Assembly: GCA_050944155.1 (NCBI GenBank)
Contig: JBMNQN010000004.1
Span: 38,163 to 102,162, forward strand
Length of the DNA stretch: 64,000 bases
Origin: Candidatus Methanomethylophilaceae archaeon
Lineage (GTDB): Archaea > Thermoplasmatota > Thermoplasmata > Methanomassiliicoccales > Methanomethylophilaceae
Reading direction: 5' to 3'
Shown here: in pieces, positions 7,860 through 18,321 of the stretch
Layout of the letters: the number at the start of each line of letters is the position of its first letter
Numbering within the stretch: the stretch's first letter is position 1
Made by a program: the position numbers and the translations under genes
The notes under the pieces: model-generated
The model's database searches: none
The model's input: the letters and a program-made list of their open reading frames with translations, nothing else
Told to the model about the DNA's origin: nothing

Positions 7860-9383
7860 TCATAATATAACCAGTTGGTTTGCGTCCGATCTTTTAACCC
7901 GCTCCGGCAGAAGTTTTCCGAACCCGTCCATGGTGAACGAGGTTCCGGACATTCTGCACGGAATGTAAATCAGCTGTTTTACGTAGGGTTTTGTAAGTTT
8001 GAGTTTGCTGTTCGTGACCGCACGCTGAACGAGATAGTTCTCGGTCAGCTGTTCGGCTTCTTTTTTCGTGCTCAGCGGCGCGATTACCTGTCTTCCTCCG
8101 GGGTTGCCTGGTTTGGCGGTATCCGAGAGCCTTCCTATGCCTTCGCCGCCGCTGATACTGGTCTCCTTGCCGGTTATACCGCTCAGTATTCCGCTTGCGG
8201 GCTTGAGCAGGAAAATATCCGTCACTCCGGAGGACGGGTCTGTCAGACACCCCAGGTCTATGGTGAAATCCGCGGGAACCAGAATATCCTCGGCGACCTC
8301 CACGCTCTTCTTGGACCACAGGGCCCCGGTGGTGAAGCTGTACCTCAGATCGATGTCCCAGAACGGGTAAAGAATATCCCCGTCCCCCGACGCTATGTTG
8401 ATGGTTCCGTTTCCGGCCTTGGCGGCGAGAATCTCTGCCATATGGTCGAAAAGTTCCCGGCTCCGGTCCTTGCTTCTGAGAATGACCCAGTTGCTTACGT
8501 TAGGGTATTCGATTTTGGTTATTTTGCTCAGACCCGAGAATGTCTTTACGGCGTCTCCGCCCATGGAATTTTTCACCACTTCGGCAGCCGTGTTAACCAA
8601 AGTCGCTTCCCTTTCGATGCCCTGAAACATCACGGCAAGGGCAGGCGTAGAAAACAGACCTGCTTTGGCGTCGTTAAGAGCAGACGCTCCTTTTTCGAAA
8701 TAACCCAGACTTCCCATGGCGTCTCCGTTCAGCAGTTTTTCGCATCCCGTGCACGCGTCGGCAAGGCCGCCGAAACGTTTGGAGACGCTTTCGTAATCCT
8801 TCACGTTTTTGAGCATATCGGAAGCCTGCTGGAAGTTGTTTCCCATGAGAACGTAGCGTCCGGGTTTGTCTTCCTGCATCAGTTTCGCATTGTTGATTAT
8901 GAGAGCGTAAGCGTTGGCAAGATTTTCGGCTCCCGCTATTTCCGCCTTGTCGTTGGGATCCACCGCCAGGGGAGACAGGCTCTTCAGTTTGGCGTTCAGC
9001 TCGAAAGCCGAAGCCGGTGTGTGCACGGGTTTGGCGGTGTTGTCGACGGTGAACGGCAGGACGAAAAGGGAATTCGACATCAGGCTGTTCGCCGCAAACC
9101 TGTATTCGGTGATTTCGGGCGTGATTCTGGGTTTTACGTTGGTTATGAAAATGTTGTGTCTCGCAATGGAGTCCACGTTTTCAGTCTGGGTCAGCGAAAA
9201 ACCGCCGGGCATGGCGCTGCTTACCCAGGACCTTACCTGTGCCATAACCTGATCCAGGTAGGCTTTCGCGTCAATGCGCTGCTGGGTGGTTCCGCAGCTG
9301 CGGCAGGTTATGTAGGGTGTTTCCGCCCCTACGTCTTTCTCTTCGAAAGGCGCACCGCAGTATTTGCACCTCAGCATTACCAT
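7860..9383 (-). CDS. Zinc-ribbon protein with helical core and YdjG-like C-terminal motifs
   Basis: N-terminal CKYCG..CRSCG; LYPFWDIDLRYSF and LIYIPC motifs. Confidence 0.8.
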   Translation of the reverse strand: MVMLRCKYCGAPFEEKDVGAETPYITCRSCGTTQQRIDAKAYLDQVMAQVRSWVSSAMPGGFSLTQTENVDSIARHNIFITNVKPRITPEITEYRFAANSLMSNSLFVLPFTVDNTAKPVHTPASAFELNAKLKSLSPLAVDPNDKAEIAGAENLANAYALIINNAKLMQEDKPGRYVLMGNNFQQASDMLKNVKDYESVSKRFGGLADACTGCEKLLNGDAMGSLGYFEKGASALNDAKAGLFSTPALAVMFQGIEREATLVNTAAEVVKNSMGGDAVKTFSGLSKITKIEYPNVSNWVILRSKDRSRELFDHMAEILAAKAGNGTINIASGDGDILYPFWDIDLRYSFTTGALWSKKSVEVAEDILVPADFTIDLGCLTDPSSGVTDIFLLKPASGILSGITGKETSISGGEGIGRLSDTAKPGNPGGRQVIAPLSTKKEAEQLTENYLVQRAVTNSKLKLTKPYVKQLIYIPCRMSGTSFTMDGFGKLLPERVKRSDANQLVIL

Positions 9384-9396
9384 GTCGTCCAGGAAA

Positions 9397-10323
9397 TCAT
9401 CTCCTCATAATCATTATCTGGGACTGCAGTGCGGACATCTCCATCTGCAGTCTGGCTTCCACGGCGGCTATTTCGCTCATGGCGCTGGCGTAATATCTCT
9501 TGGAAATCTCGTCGGCTTTGCGGACGATTCCGGTATAACACGCTCTGCACACGTAGACGGCATCTCCTTCCGCTCCGGATTTGAGAGGTTCGTTTTCGTC
9601 CGTTTTGCGGAGCATGGGCGAAATATCGCTGGAAAGTTTGAAAAAGTGAATCCCTTCGCCGGAAGCGTGTCTTCCGCAGAACCAGCATTTGCAGCTGCGG
9701 GAATACTCTTCTATGAGTTTCAGATTGGATTCTCCCGAGTCACCGATCTGTTTTCTGTAACCGTAGGCAATCTGCTGGTACTCGGCCGCTTTGCGGGGAT
9801 CTTCCCATACGGTTCCCGTAGCCATGGATTCGTATGCGACTGCCAGAAGAAGCATGCTTTCCCTTATGCCGGTGCGGGTGGTGTCGTTCTGATATATTTC
9901 CACAAGCCTGAGGTGGTCGTTCCCCATCTGGGTCTGGAATTTCTGGGCAAGTTCGATGAGACGTTTTCCCTTTTCCAGAAGAACTTCGGGCCCTCCGTTC
10001 ATATTCATAAGACGAATCTCTTCAACGGAAAGTTCGCATTGCGTAATCATCGTCTTGGTGTTAAGGGGCGTTAGGCCGAATTCGAAATCTTCAGTGCTGC
10101 AGTTCTTCAGCGCTTCGATAAGACGCAGGTAGCTGTCCGGATCCCCAAGCTTTCCGCGCATGTCTATCAGCGCCACGATTACCCTGGAGAGGTCGTCGGG
10201 TCCTCCGTCTTTCTCTATCGATTTCATCAATTTGGCTCTGGCGCCGTCCATGTCGCCCTGTTTAATCAGATCGATTCCCTGCGCGTATAGGTCATCGGCA
10301 TTTTTGAAAAAAGATAACGCCAT
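9397..10323 (-). CDS. TPR-like protein with CxxC..CxxC zinc finger and C-terminal coiled coil
   Basis: TPR-like ADDLYAQGIDLIKQGDMDGARAKL; CWFCGR..VCRAC; heptad-rich tail. Confidence 0.8.
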   Translation of the reverse strand: MALSFFKNADDLYAQGIDLIKQGDMDGARAKLMKSIEKDGGPDDLSRVIVALIDMRGKLGDPDSYLRLIEALKNCSTEDFEFGLTPLNTKTMITQCELSVEEIRLMNMNGGPEVLLEKGKRLIELAQKFQTQMGNDHLRLVEIYQNDTTRTGIRESMLLLAVAYESMATGTVWEDPRKAAEYQQIAYGYRKQIGDSGESNLKLIEEYSRSCKCWFCGRHASGEGIHFFKLSSDISPMLRKTDENEPLKSGAEGDAVYVCRACYTGIVRKADEISKRYYASAMSEIAAVEARLQMEMSALQSQIMIMRR

Positions 10324-10567
10324 ATGCAGTCCTTCTTCGGTTATATTATCCAGGGACTAAAAAATACATTCGGAAACGGCGGGCCGGATATTTCCGGAAT
10401 GTGGATTTATTCGAAAATCGCAAATATATTATTTCCAGTGTTTAACGAAAGAATGTTCATAGTTTTCTGATTTTATTAGACAAATGTACAGTCAATATCA
10501 TACAGACAAAACGTTTGTTTCAAACCTTGTAAAAAGTTTTATATCGGATTATTCAATCCGTCCGGAT

Positions 10568-12751
10568 ATGGCGAACAGCAGGTTCCGGGCGGTTGAAAAA
10601 GCATTGGAAAAAGAGCCCGTGAAAACCGCTCCTCCCGCGTCCGGCGTATCCGAATACTACGGATGCGACGTTTTCGGCAGACGCAACATGAGAAAGTATC
10701 TTTCTCCGGATACGAGAAGGTCGGTTTACGAATCCGCGGAAAGCGGAAAGACTCTTGATGCCTCGACCGCCGAACTTGTCGCAGAAGGCATGAAACGCTG
10801 GGCAACCGACCTGGGCGCAACCCATTATTCCCATTGGTTTCAGCCCCTGACTGGAGGAACCGCCGAGAAACACGATTCTTTCGCCACTCCGCACGGACAC
10901 GGCGAAGCAATCGAAACTTTCTCCGGAGCCATGCTGTGCCAGCAGGAACCCGACGCGTCGTCATTTCCCAGCGGAGGCCTGAGAAATACTTTCGAAGCCA
11001 GAGGTTATACTGCATGGGATCCCTCGTCTCCCGCCTTCGTCATAGGAGACACCCTCTTCATACCCACGGTTTTCATATCCTACAACGGCGAAGCCCTCGA
11101 TTACAAAACACCTCTGCTGAGGTCCATCGCGGCCGTGAGCAGGGCCGCTTCCGAAGTTCTGGAATATTTCGGCATCCGCGGCGCAAGGGTGGAATCTTAT
11201 CTGGGATGGGAACAGGAATTCTTTCTTGCGGACTCTTCTCTTTCCTCGCAGCGTCCGGACATAATGCTGGCCGGACGTACCCTGGTGGGGCACGAAAGCG
11301 CAAAGAGCCAACAGCTCGACGATCACTATTTCGGATCGATACCCATGAGGGTCCTGGAATTCATGAAAGATTTGGAATTCGAGTGCTACAAACTGGGAAT
11401 TCCGATAAAAACCAGGCATAACGAAGTGGCACCCAACCAGTTCGAAATCGCTCCGGTGTACGAGGAGGCGAATCTTGCCGTGGATCACAATCTTATGCTG
11501 ATGTCTCTGATGAGACCCACGGCGAAGCGCCACGGATTCAGAGTCCTATTCCACGAGAAACCCTACAAAGGGGTGAACGGTTCGGGAAAGCACTGCAATT
11601 GGTCTCTGGGTATATCGGACGGACCGGGACTTTTCTCTCCCGGAAAAACGAATCTCGAAAACCTCAGGTTCCTTACGTTCGTCGTTAACGTTCTTGCGGC
11701 GGTCCGCAGACACGATTCTCTTCTCAAAGCGTCGGTGATGAACGCTTCCAACGTGGAAAGACTCGGGGCGGACGAGGCGCCTCCCGCCATAATATCGGTG
11801 TTTCTCGGAACCAGTCTGACCGAAGTTTTCGAGAAACTGCTTAGTTCCGAAGAGATGGTGGAGATCGGCGGTAATTCCGGTTACAGACTGGGTCTCCCCC
11901 GTATTCCCGAAATAACCGTCGACGGGACGGACCGCAACCGCACTTCCCCCTTTGCGTTCACGGGAAACAGATTCGAGTTCCGTGCCGTCGGTGCATCCGC
12001 AAGCTGTTCTCCTTCGGTGACCGTGATAAACGCGGCGGTCGCCGAACAGCTGAAAGAATTCAAGAAAAAAGTCGATGCGAGAATCGCTTCCGGAGTCCCC
12101 GCGGAAAAAGCGGTTCTCGACGAAGTCAGGGAAACCTACGCGTCGTGCCGCGACGTCTGTTTCGAAGGCAACGCATATTCGGAAGAATGGAAAGCCGAGG
12201 CAAAACGCCGCAATCTCGACTGCGAAGAATCCGTGCCCATTGTTTACGATTCGTTCACGTCTCCCGAATCGTTGGAGTTGTTTTCGGATACCGGCATTCT
12301 GACGGAAACGGAGGCGGAGGCGAGGACGGAAATTCTTTGGGAACAGTACGGCAAGAAGGTAGAAATCGAAGCCAGAACCCTCAGCGACATGACGCTCAAC
12401 CATATTCTTCCGGTGGCGACCGCCTATCAGTCCCTGCTTTTAGATAATGTATCTAAGATAAAGGAGTCGTTTTCCGAGTCGGAATTCAAAGTTCTTGCGG
12501 CCAACGAGATAGAGTTGGTAAGGGCGATAGCGGGCCACATTTCGGAAGCCAGGAGACTTTCGATGGAAATCGACTCGGCCTGCGACCGCGCATCCGAGAT
12601 TTCCGAAGAACGGGAAAAAGCTATAGCCTTCCATGACGGCGTGGTTCCTCTCATGTCGGAAATACGCACCCACGCGGACTCGCTGGAAATGATAGTCGAC
12701 GATCAGATGTGGCCTCTTCCGAAATACAGGGAACTCCTGTTCATACACTGA
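10568..12751 (+). CDS. glnA: Glutamine synthetase type III
   Basis: HWFQPLTGGTAEKHDSF, EPDASSFPSGGLR, HNEVAPNQFE, NGSGKHCNWS, DRNRTSPFAFTGNRFEFR, WPLPKYRELLF. Confidence 0.96.
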   Translation: MANSRFRAVEKALEKEPVKTAPPASGVSEYYGCDVFGRRNMRKYLSPDTRRSVYESAESGKTLDASTAELVAEGMKRWATDLGATHYSHWFQPLTGGTAEKHDSFATPHGHGEAIETFSGAMLCQQEPDASSFPSGGLRNTFEARGYTAWDPSSPAFVIGDTLFIPTVFISYNGEALDYKTPLLRSIAAVSRAASEVLEYFGIRGARVESYLGWEQEFFLADSSLSSQRPDIMLAGRTLVGHESAKSQQLDDHYFGSIPMRVLEFMKDLEFECYKLGIPIKTRHNEVAPNQFEIAPVYEEANLAVDHNLMLMSLMRPTAKRHGFRVLFHEKPYKGVNGSGKHCNWSLGISDGPGLFSPGKTNLENLRFLTFVVNVLAAVRRHDSLLKASVMNASNVERLGADEAPPAIISVFLGTSLTEVFEKLLSSEEMVEIGGNSGYRLGLPRIPEITVDGTDRNRTSPFAFTGNRFEFRAVGASASCSPSVTVINAAVAEQLKEFKKKVDARIASGVPAEKAVLDEVRETYASCRDVCFEGNAYSEEWKAEAKRRNLDCEESVPIVYDSFTSPESLELFSDTGILTETEAEARTEILWEQYGKKVEIEARTLSDMTLNHILPVATAYQSLLLDNVSKIKESFSESEFKVLAANEIELVRAIAGHISEARRLSMEIDSACDRASEISEEREKAIAFHDGVVPLMSEIRTHADSLEMIVDDQMWPLPKYRELLFIH

Positions 12752-12868
12752 TCGCGGCCCGATTTCACGGAAAAACCGCGAAGCCGTGACAAAGAGATAG
12801 ATTTATATAGAAGAACAAACTTTATCCAATTAGAATCCACGTGAGTGGAATATTGGAGGTATACAATT

Positions 12869-14500
12869 ATGGGTATGGGTAACACACCGATCCTGATTCT
12901 TAGAGAAGGAACCAAGAGAAACAGAGGAAAAGATGCTCAGTACAACAACATATCGGCCGCAGTGGCCATCGCCGACTCCGTAGGCAGCAGCCTCGGACCC
13001 AGGGGTATGGACAAAATGCTCGTCGATTCCCTGGGCGACGTCGTGATAACCAACGACGGTGTCACGATCCTCAAAGAAATGGACGTTCAGCACCCCGCCG
13101 CAAAGATGCTGGTGGAAGTCGCCAAGGCACAGGACTCCGAAGTCGGAGACGGTACCACGTCTTCCGTAATCATAACCGGAGAGCTTCTGAAGAAAGCCAC
13201 CGACCTTATCGACGCCAACATACACCCGACAATCATCGCCAAAGGATACAGAATGGCCAACGACAAGGCTCAGGAAATCCTCAAAGAGATAGCGAAGGAA
13301 GTCACCATCGACGACGAAGAGACCCTCAGAAAGGTGGCCGAAGTCGCCATGATAAGCAAACAGGTCAGCGGATACAAGGAGTACTTCTCCGAGATGGTTG
13401 TCGACGCCGTAAAAACCGTGGCCGAGAAAGACAAAGACGGAAAATACACCGTGGACCTGAAGAACATTCAGACGGTCAAGAAATCCGGCGCCAACATGGA
13501 AGAGTCCCAGGTATACAAAGGACTCATAATCGACAAAGAGCCCGTTCAGCCCAACATGCCCAAGGTCGTTAAAAACGCCAAGATCGCGCTCATCGACGCG
13601 GCATTCGAAGTCAAGAAAACCGAAACCGACGCAAAGATTCAGATCAACGACCCGAGCCAGCTCTCCCGCTTCGTCGCCGAAGAAGAAAACATGCTCAAGA
13701 AGATGGTCGAATCCGTCAAGAAAGCAGGCGCCAACGTTGTGTTCTGCCAGAAAGGAATCGACGATCTGGCACAGCACCTTCTCTCCAAAGAGGGAATCTA
13801 CGCCTGCAGACGCGTGAAGAAGAGCGACATGGACAGACTCGCCAAATCCACCGGCGCTTCCATAGTCAACAAAATCTCCGACATAACCAAGGACGATCTG
13901 GGATTCGCCGGCGCCGTCGAATTCAAGAAAGTCGACGACGAGGAGATGACCTTCATCACCGGAGTCAAAGACCCCAAGACCGTTTCTGTCCTCGTCAGGG
14001 GAGGAACCAAACACGTAGCCGACGAAGTGGAAAGATCCCTTGTCGACTCCTGGTCCGCGGTCAAGGTTGCAATCGAAGACGGACTCATCGAGTGCGGCGG
14101 CGGATCCAAAGAGATGGAAATCGCCATGAGGCTCAGAGAATACGCGGCAACCGTCGGCGGAAGAGAGCAGATTGCAATCGAAGCCTTCGCATCCGCGATG
14201 GAAGTGATTCCGAAGACTCTGGCGGAAAACGCCGGTCTCGACCCGATCGACATGCTCATCGAGATGAGGAAACAGCACAAGGAAGGCAAAATCACCGCAG
14301 GTCTCGACCCCTTCTCCGGAAAGGTTGCGGACATGATGAAACTCAACGTCATCGAGCCCTACAGAGTAGGAAAGCACGCAATCAACTCGGCAACCGATGC
14401 TGCCGTGATGATTCTCAGAATCGACGACGTCATAGCGGCCTCCGGATCCCACGACATGGGTGTCGGAGACGGAATGCCTTCTCCCGAAGACGACGAGTGA
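12869..14500 (+). CDS. ths: Thermosome subunit (group II chaperonin)
   Basis: [26 protein letters not shown]; SD ggaggt; TATA at 12802-12809. Confidence 0.97.
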   Translation: MGMGNTPILILREGTKRNRGKDAQYNNISAAVAIADSVGSSLGPRGMDKMLVDSLGDVVITNDGVTILKEMDVQHPAAKMLVEVAKAQDSEVGDGTTSSVIITGELLKKATDLIDANIHPTIIAKGYRMANDKAQEILKEIAKEVTIDDEETLRKVAEVAMISKQVSGYKEYFSEMVVDAVKTVAEKDKDGKYTVDLKNIQTVKKSGANMEESQVYKGLIIDKEPVQPNMPKVVKNAKIALIDAAFEVKKTETDAKIQINDPSQLSRFVAEEENMLKKMVESVKKAGANVVFCQKGIDDLAQHLLSKEGIYACRRVKKSDMDRLAKSTGASIVNKISDITKDDLGFAGAVEFKKVDDEEMTFITGVKDPKTVSVLVRGGTKHVADEVERSLVDSWSAVKVAIEDGLIECGGGSKEMEIAMRLREYAATVGGREQIAIEAFASAMEVIPKTLAENAGLDPIDMLIEMRKQHKEGKITAGLDPFSGKVADMMKLNVIEPYRVGKHAINSATDAAVMILRIDDVIAASGSHDMGVGDGMPSPEDDE

Positions 14501-14518
14501 AACCTTAAAAAAACAACC

Positions 14519-14534
14519 GGGGGCTTCGGCCCCC
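14519..14534. terminator. GC hairpin with UUCG loop between thermosome and grpE
   Basis: GGGGGC-TTCG-GCCCCC. Confidence 0.55.
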
Positions 14535-14564
14535 CTTCATATTTACCTTGCAGAGTGATGATGG

Positions 14565-15122
14565 ATGACTGGTAAGTCTAAAAAGAACACAGAAGAGGAA
14601 AAGGAAAATTCCGAACCGATTCAGGAAGAGATAGACGAGCTTACCGCAGCCAGAGAACTTGCCGATCAGTACCTGAATGTGGCAAAACGCATACAGGCAG
14701 ACTTCGACAACTACCGCAAGAGAACCCAGAAGGACATGGAGGAGTACAGAAAACACGCCACGGACGGCTTGGCGACCGGCCTTCTGGAGACCCTGGACGA
14801 CCTGGACAGAGCCATCGCATCGGCAAAAGACCCGGACGGGGAATTCGTGCAGGGTATACTCATGGTGCGACAGAATCTCATGAAAACCCTGGCATCATAC
14901 GGCATCGCTGAGATACCGACGGACTGCAAGTTCGATCCGAAACTGCATGAAGCCCTGTGCACGGAAGAAGGCGAAGAAGACGGAGATATAGCCGAAGTCT
15001 ATCAGAAAGGTTACTCCAGCGGAGACAGGGTGCTCAGATATTCGAAAGTCAAAGTGACAAAGGCCCGGGAGGCCGAAAAAAAGACAGCCGGAGAGACGGC
15101 AGAAGAAGAGGAGAGTGATTGA
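14565..15122 (+). CDS. grpE: Nucleotide exchange factor GrpE
   Basis: [34 protein letters not shown]. Confidence 0.96.
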   Translation: MTGKSKKNTEEEKENSEPIQEEIDELTAARELADQYLNVAKRIQADFDNYRKRTQKDMEEYRKHATDGLATGLLETLDDLDRAIASAKDPDGEFVQGILMVRQNLMKTLASYGIAEIPTDCKFDPKLHEALCTEEGEEDGDIAEVYQKGYSSGDRVLRYSKVKVTKAREAEKKTAGETAEEEESD

Positions 15123-15123
15123 A

Positions 15124-16980
15124 ATGGGAAGAATAATTGGAATAGATCTAGGAACCAGTAATTCGGCAGCTGCAGCGATGGAGGGCGGCAGACCCTCCAT
15201 GATACCCAGCGCCGAAGGAACCAGTGTGGGAGGCAAAGCCTTCCCGTCTTACGTGGCATTCACCAAAGAGGGAGAGCTTCTGGTCGGCGAGCCCGCCAGA
15301 ACACAGGCGGTGACCAACCCCGAAGGAACAGTCAAAAACGTAAAGAGGAAGATGGGGACCAACGAGAAGATCAAGGTCTTCGACAAAGAATACACGCCCC
15401 AGCAGATTTCCGCTTTCATACTTCAGAAAATCAAGAAGGACGCGGAATCCTACCTCGGCGAAACCATAGACAAAGCGGTGATAACCGTTCCCGCTTACTT
15501 CGACGACAATCAGAGACAGGCGACCAAGGACGCCGGCGCGATTGCCGGTCTCGAAGTGGTCCGCATGATCAACGAACCTACGGCGGCGGCTTTGGCTTTC
15601 GGACTCGACAAAAGCGGAACCGAGCAGAAGATTCTCGTGTTCGACTTCGGAGGCGGAACTCTGGATGTAACCATAATGGATTTCAGCGACGGAGTCTTCG
15701 AAGTTCTTTCGACCAAGGGAGACACGAAACTGGGCGGTTCGGACATGGACGAAGCGATTACAAACTACGTGATCGGCGAGTTCAAGAAAAAGACAGGAAT
15801 CGATCTTTCGACGGACAAGATGGCGTTCTGGAGAGTGCGCGAGGCATGCGAGAAAGCGAAGATTGAGCTGTCCTCCATCATGCAGACGGAAATCAACCTG
15901 CCCTATGTAGCATCCGACGACAGCGGTCCCAAGCACCTTACCCAGACGCTTAACCGCGCAAAGCTCGAAGAACTCGTGGAACCCACCGTATCCAGATGCA
16001 GAACCTGCATCGAAGGCGCGGTATCCGACGCCAAACTCAAGATGGACGACATCGACAAAATCATCATGGTCGGAGGACCGACAAGAATGCCGATCGTTCA
16101 GAACTTCGTCGAGAGCATAGTCGGACCCAAGATACAGCGTGGAATCGACCCCATGGAATGCGTTTCCATGGGAGCGGCAATTCAGGGAGCAGTCCTGTCC
16201 GGAGACGTGAAAAACGTTCTTCTTCTGGACGTTACCCCGCTTACGCTGGGTATCGAGACACTCGGAGGCGTTGCAACCCCTCTGATCGAAAGGAACACCA
16301 CCATCCCCACCAAGAAGTCCCAGATATTCTCGACGGCGGCGGACAACCAGCCTTCCGTTGAGATCAACGTGGTTCAGGGAGAGAGGAAGATGGCGGCAGA
16401 CAACACGTCCCTCGGCCGCTTCATCCTCGACGGAATACCCCCGGCACGCCGCGGAGTTCCCCAGATCGAAGTCACCTTCGACATCGACGCGAACGGAATC
16501 GTCACCGTGACGGCCAAAGACAAGGGAACCGGAAAGGAACAGAAGATTACCATCGCTTCTTCCAACAAACTCACCGAGGACGAAATCAACGAGATGGTCA
16601 AGCAGGCCGAAGCTTTCGCCGATGCGGACAAGAAGAAACTGGAACTCATCGAAATCCGCAACCAGGCCGAGAGCAGCGTGTACATGGTGCGCAAGTCCCT
16701 TGACGAACTGGGAGAGAAGGTCAACCAGGCCGAGAGGACGGAGATCGAAGCGGCCATTTCCGACATCGAAGCCGTGATGAAGGAGGACGACGCCGAAGCG
16801 ATCAAGAACAAGATGGAGGCTCTGATGAAGGTTATGGAACCCATATCCCAGAGAATCTATCAGGAAGCTTCCGAGGAGGCGGCCAGGAACGAACCCGGTA
16901 CCCAGGAGGCTTCGGAGAATCCCGACGAAAACATAGTCGACGCCGACTACAAAATAGTCGACGACGACGATAAGAACTGA
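15124..16980 (+). CDS. dnaK: Chaperone DnaK
   Basis: [51 protein letters not shown]. Confidence 0.99.
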   Translation: MGRIIGIDLGTSNSAAAAMEGGRPSMIPSAEGTSVGGKAFPSYVAFTKEGELLVGEPARTQAVTNPEGTVKNVKRKMGTNEKIKVFDKEYTPQQISAFILQKIKKDAESYLGETIDKAVITVPAYFDDNQRQATKDAGAIAGLEVVRMINEPTAAALAFGLDKSGTEQKILVFDFGGGTLDVTIMDFSDGVFEVLSTKGDTKLGGSDMDEAITNYVIGEFKKKTGIDLSTDKMAFWRVREACEKAKIELSSIMQTEINLPYVASDDSGPKHLTQTLNRAKLEELVEPTVSRCRTCIEGAVSDAKLKMDDIDKIIMVGGPTRMPIVQNFVESIVGPKIQRGIDPMECVSMGAAIQGAVLSGDVKNVLLLDVTPLTLGIETLGGVATPLIERNTTIPTKKSQIFSTAADNQPSVEINVVQGERKMAADNTSLGRFILDGIPPARRGVPQIEVTFDIDANGIVTVTAKDKGTGKEQKITIASSNKLTEDEINEMVKQAEAFADADKKKLELIEIRNQAESSVYMVRKSLDELGEKVNQAERTEIEAAISDIEAVMKEDDAEAIKNKMEALMKVMEPISQRIYQEASEEAARNEPGTQEASENPDENIVDADYKIVDDDDKN

Positions 16981-16988
16981 GGCAGTCA

Positions 16989-18116
16989 ATGGGTAAAGAC
17001 TACTACGGAATCCTGGGCGTCGAAAAGGACGCCTCCCAGAGCGAGATAAAGAGCGCGTACCGCTCTCTGGCCAAAAAGTACCATCCCGACGTATCCACGG
17101 AATCGAAGGAGGTGGCCGAAGAGAAGTTCAAGGAGATCTCGGAGGCTTACGAAGTCCTTTCGGACCCGGAAAAACGGAAGACGTACGACATGTACGGAAG
17201 CGACGCGGTCAACAGTCAGTTCTCGGGAGGAGGATTCTCGTGGGACGACTTTACCCGTGCCGACGACATAAGCGATATCTTCGGGGATCTGTTCGGAAGC
17301 TTCTTCGGAGGAGGCGGAAGCCGCCGTTCCCACCAGAGAGGACCCAGACCCGGGAACTCTCTGAGGATGGATATCGAAATAACCTTAAAAGAGGCCCTTA
17401 CGGGCCTCAAAAAAGAGGTTAAGGTTCCCCATACGGTACGCTGCAATCCCTGTAAGGGCACCGGCGGAAAGGACGGCAAGACCGAAACCTGCAGCCAGTG
17501 CGGAGGAACAGGAAGCGTCAGGTCGGTGAGGCAGACGCCTTTCGGAGGCATGGTATCCGTTTCCGACTGCGGACAGTGCGGAGGAACAGGGCGCACCTTC
17601 AAAGAAAAATGTCCCGAATGCAGGGGGCACGGACACATTCAGAAAACCTCCAAGGTGGAAGTGAATATTCCCAAGGGGGTGGACGAAGGTTCCACGCTTA
17701 CGCTTAAGGGACTCGGCGATGCCGGTTCCGACGGAGCTCCTCCGGGAGATCTCTACGTGGTGATACACCTGAAAAAAGATTCTGTTTTCGAAAGAGACGG
17801 CGCGAATCTCTGGACGGGTATAACCACCACGTATCCCAAACTCGTTCTGGGCGGGCAGGAGACCATTTCCACCCTCGAAGGGGAAAAAGTCATGCTGAAC
17901 ATTCCCAAAGGAACCCAGGTCGGGTCGGTTCTCAGAATCAACGGCAAAGGTATGCCCCGTTCCGCGAACTCGCTTACCCGGGGAGATCTTTTCGTGAGAG
18001 TGAAAATGGACGTTCCGACGAAAGTTTCCAAAGAAGAGACCGAACTGCTTCAGAAGCTGGACGAAGAAGCGGGACAGAAGGGAAAATCAAGACTGGGAAG
18101 AAGATCCAAATCCTGA
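16989..18116 (+). CDS. dnaJ: Chaperone DnaJ
   Basis: J-domain HPD, G/F region, four CxxCxGxG repeats. Confidence 0.98.
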   Translation: MGKDYYGILGVEKDASQSEIKSAYRSLAKKYHPDVSTESKEVAEEKFKEISEAYEVLSDPEKRKTYDMYGSDAVNSQFSGGGFSWDDFTRADDISDIFGDLFGSFFGGGGSRRSHQRGPRPGNSLRMDIEITLKEALTGLKKEVKVPHTVRCNPCKGTGGKDGKTETCSQCGGTGSVRSVRQTPFGGMVSVSDCGQCGGTGRTFKEKCPECRGHGHIQKTSKVEVNIPKGVDEGSTLTLKGLGDAGSDGAPPGDLYVVIHLKKDSVFERDGANLWTGITTTYPKLVLGGQETISTLEGEKVMLNIPKGTQVGSVLRINGKGMPRSANSLTRGDLFVRVKMDVPTKVSKEETELLQKLDEEAGQKGKSRLGRRSKS

Positions 18117-18137
18117 TTCCGGTTATTGCGCAGAAGG

Positions 18138-18221
18138 CGCCGAGGGAGAGATTTGAACTCCCGAGGTCTTGCGACCAGCGGTTTTCGAGACCGCCACCCT
18201 ACCGGACTAGATTACCTCGGC
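18138..18221 (-). tRNA. tRNA-Ser(CGA)
   Basis: GCCGAGG acceptor stem, GCGGT-CTCGAAA-ACCGC anticodon arm, long variable arm, TTCAAAT T-loop, G73. Confidence 0.95.
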
Positions 18222-18321
18222 TAGGTACGGCTTATCCGCTCCGCATATTTTTAAATTTGCCATCTTCGGCAGATAACCCAGAATATATTATACCGTAACA
18301 CATTGGGACGGCGGAGAACAT

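Noticed and set aside
12830-14452. 540-aa antisense ORF opposite the thermosome
   Set aside because: Codon-bias shadow, fully overlapping a conserved gene
15148-16989. 613-aa antisense ORF opposite dnaK
   Set aside because: Known shadow ORF produced by codon bias in Hsp70 genes; no independent motifs
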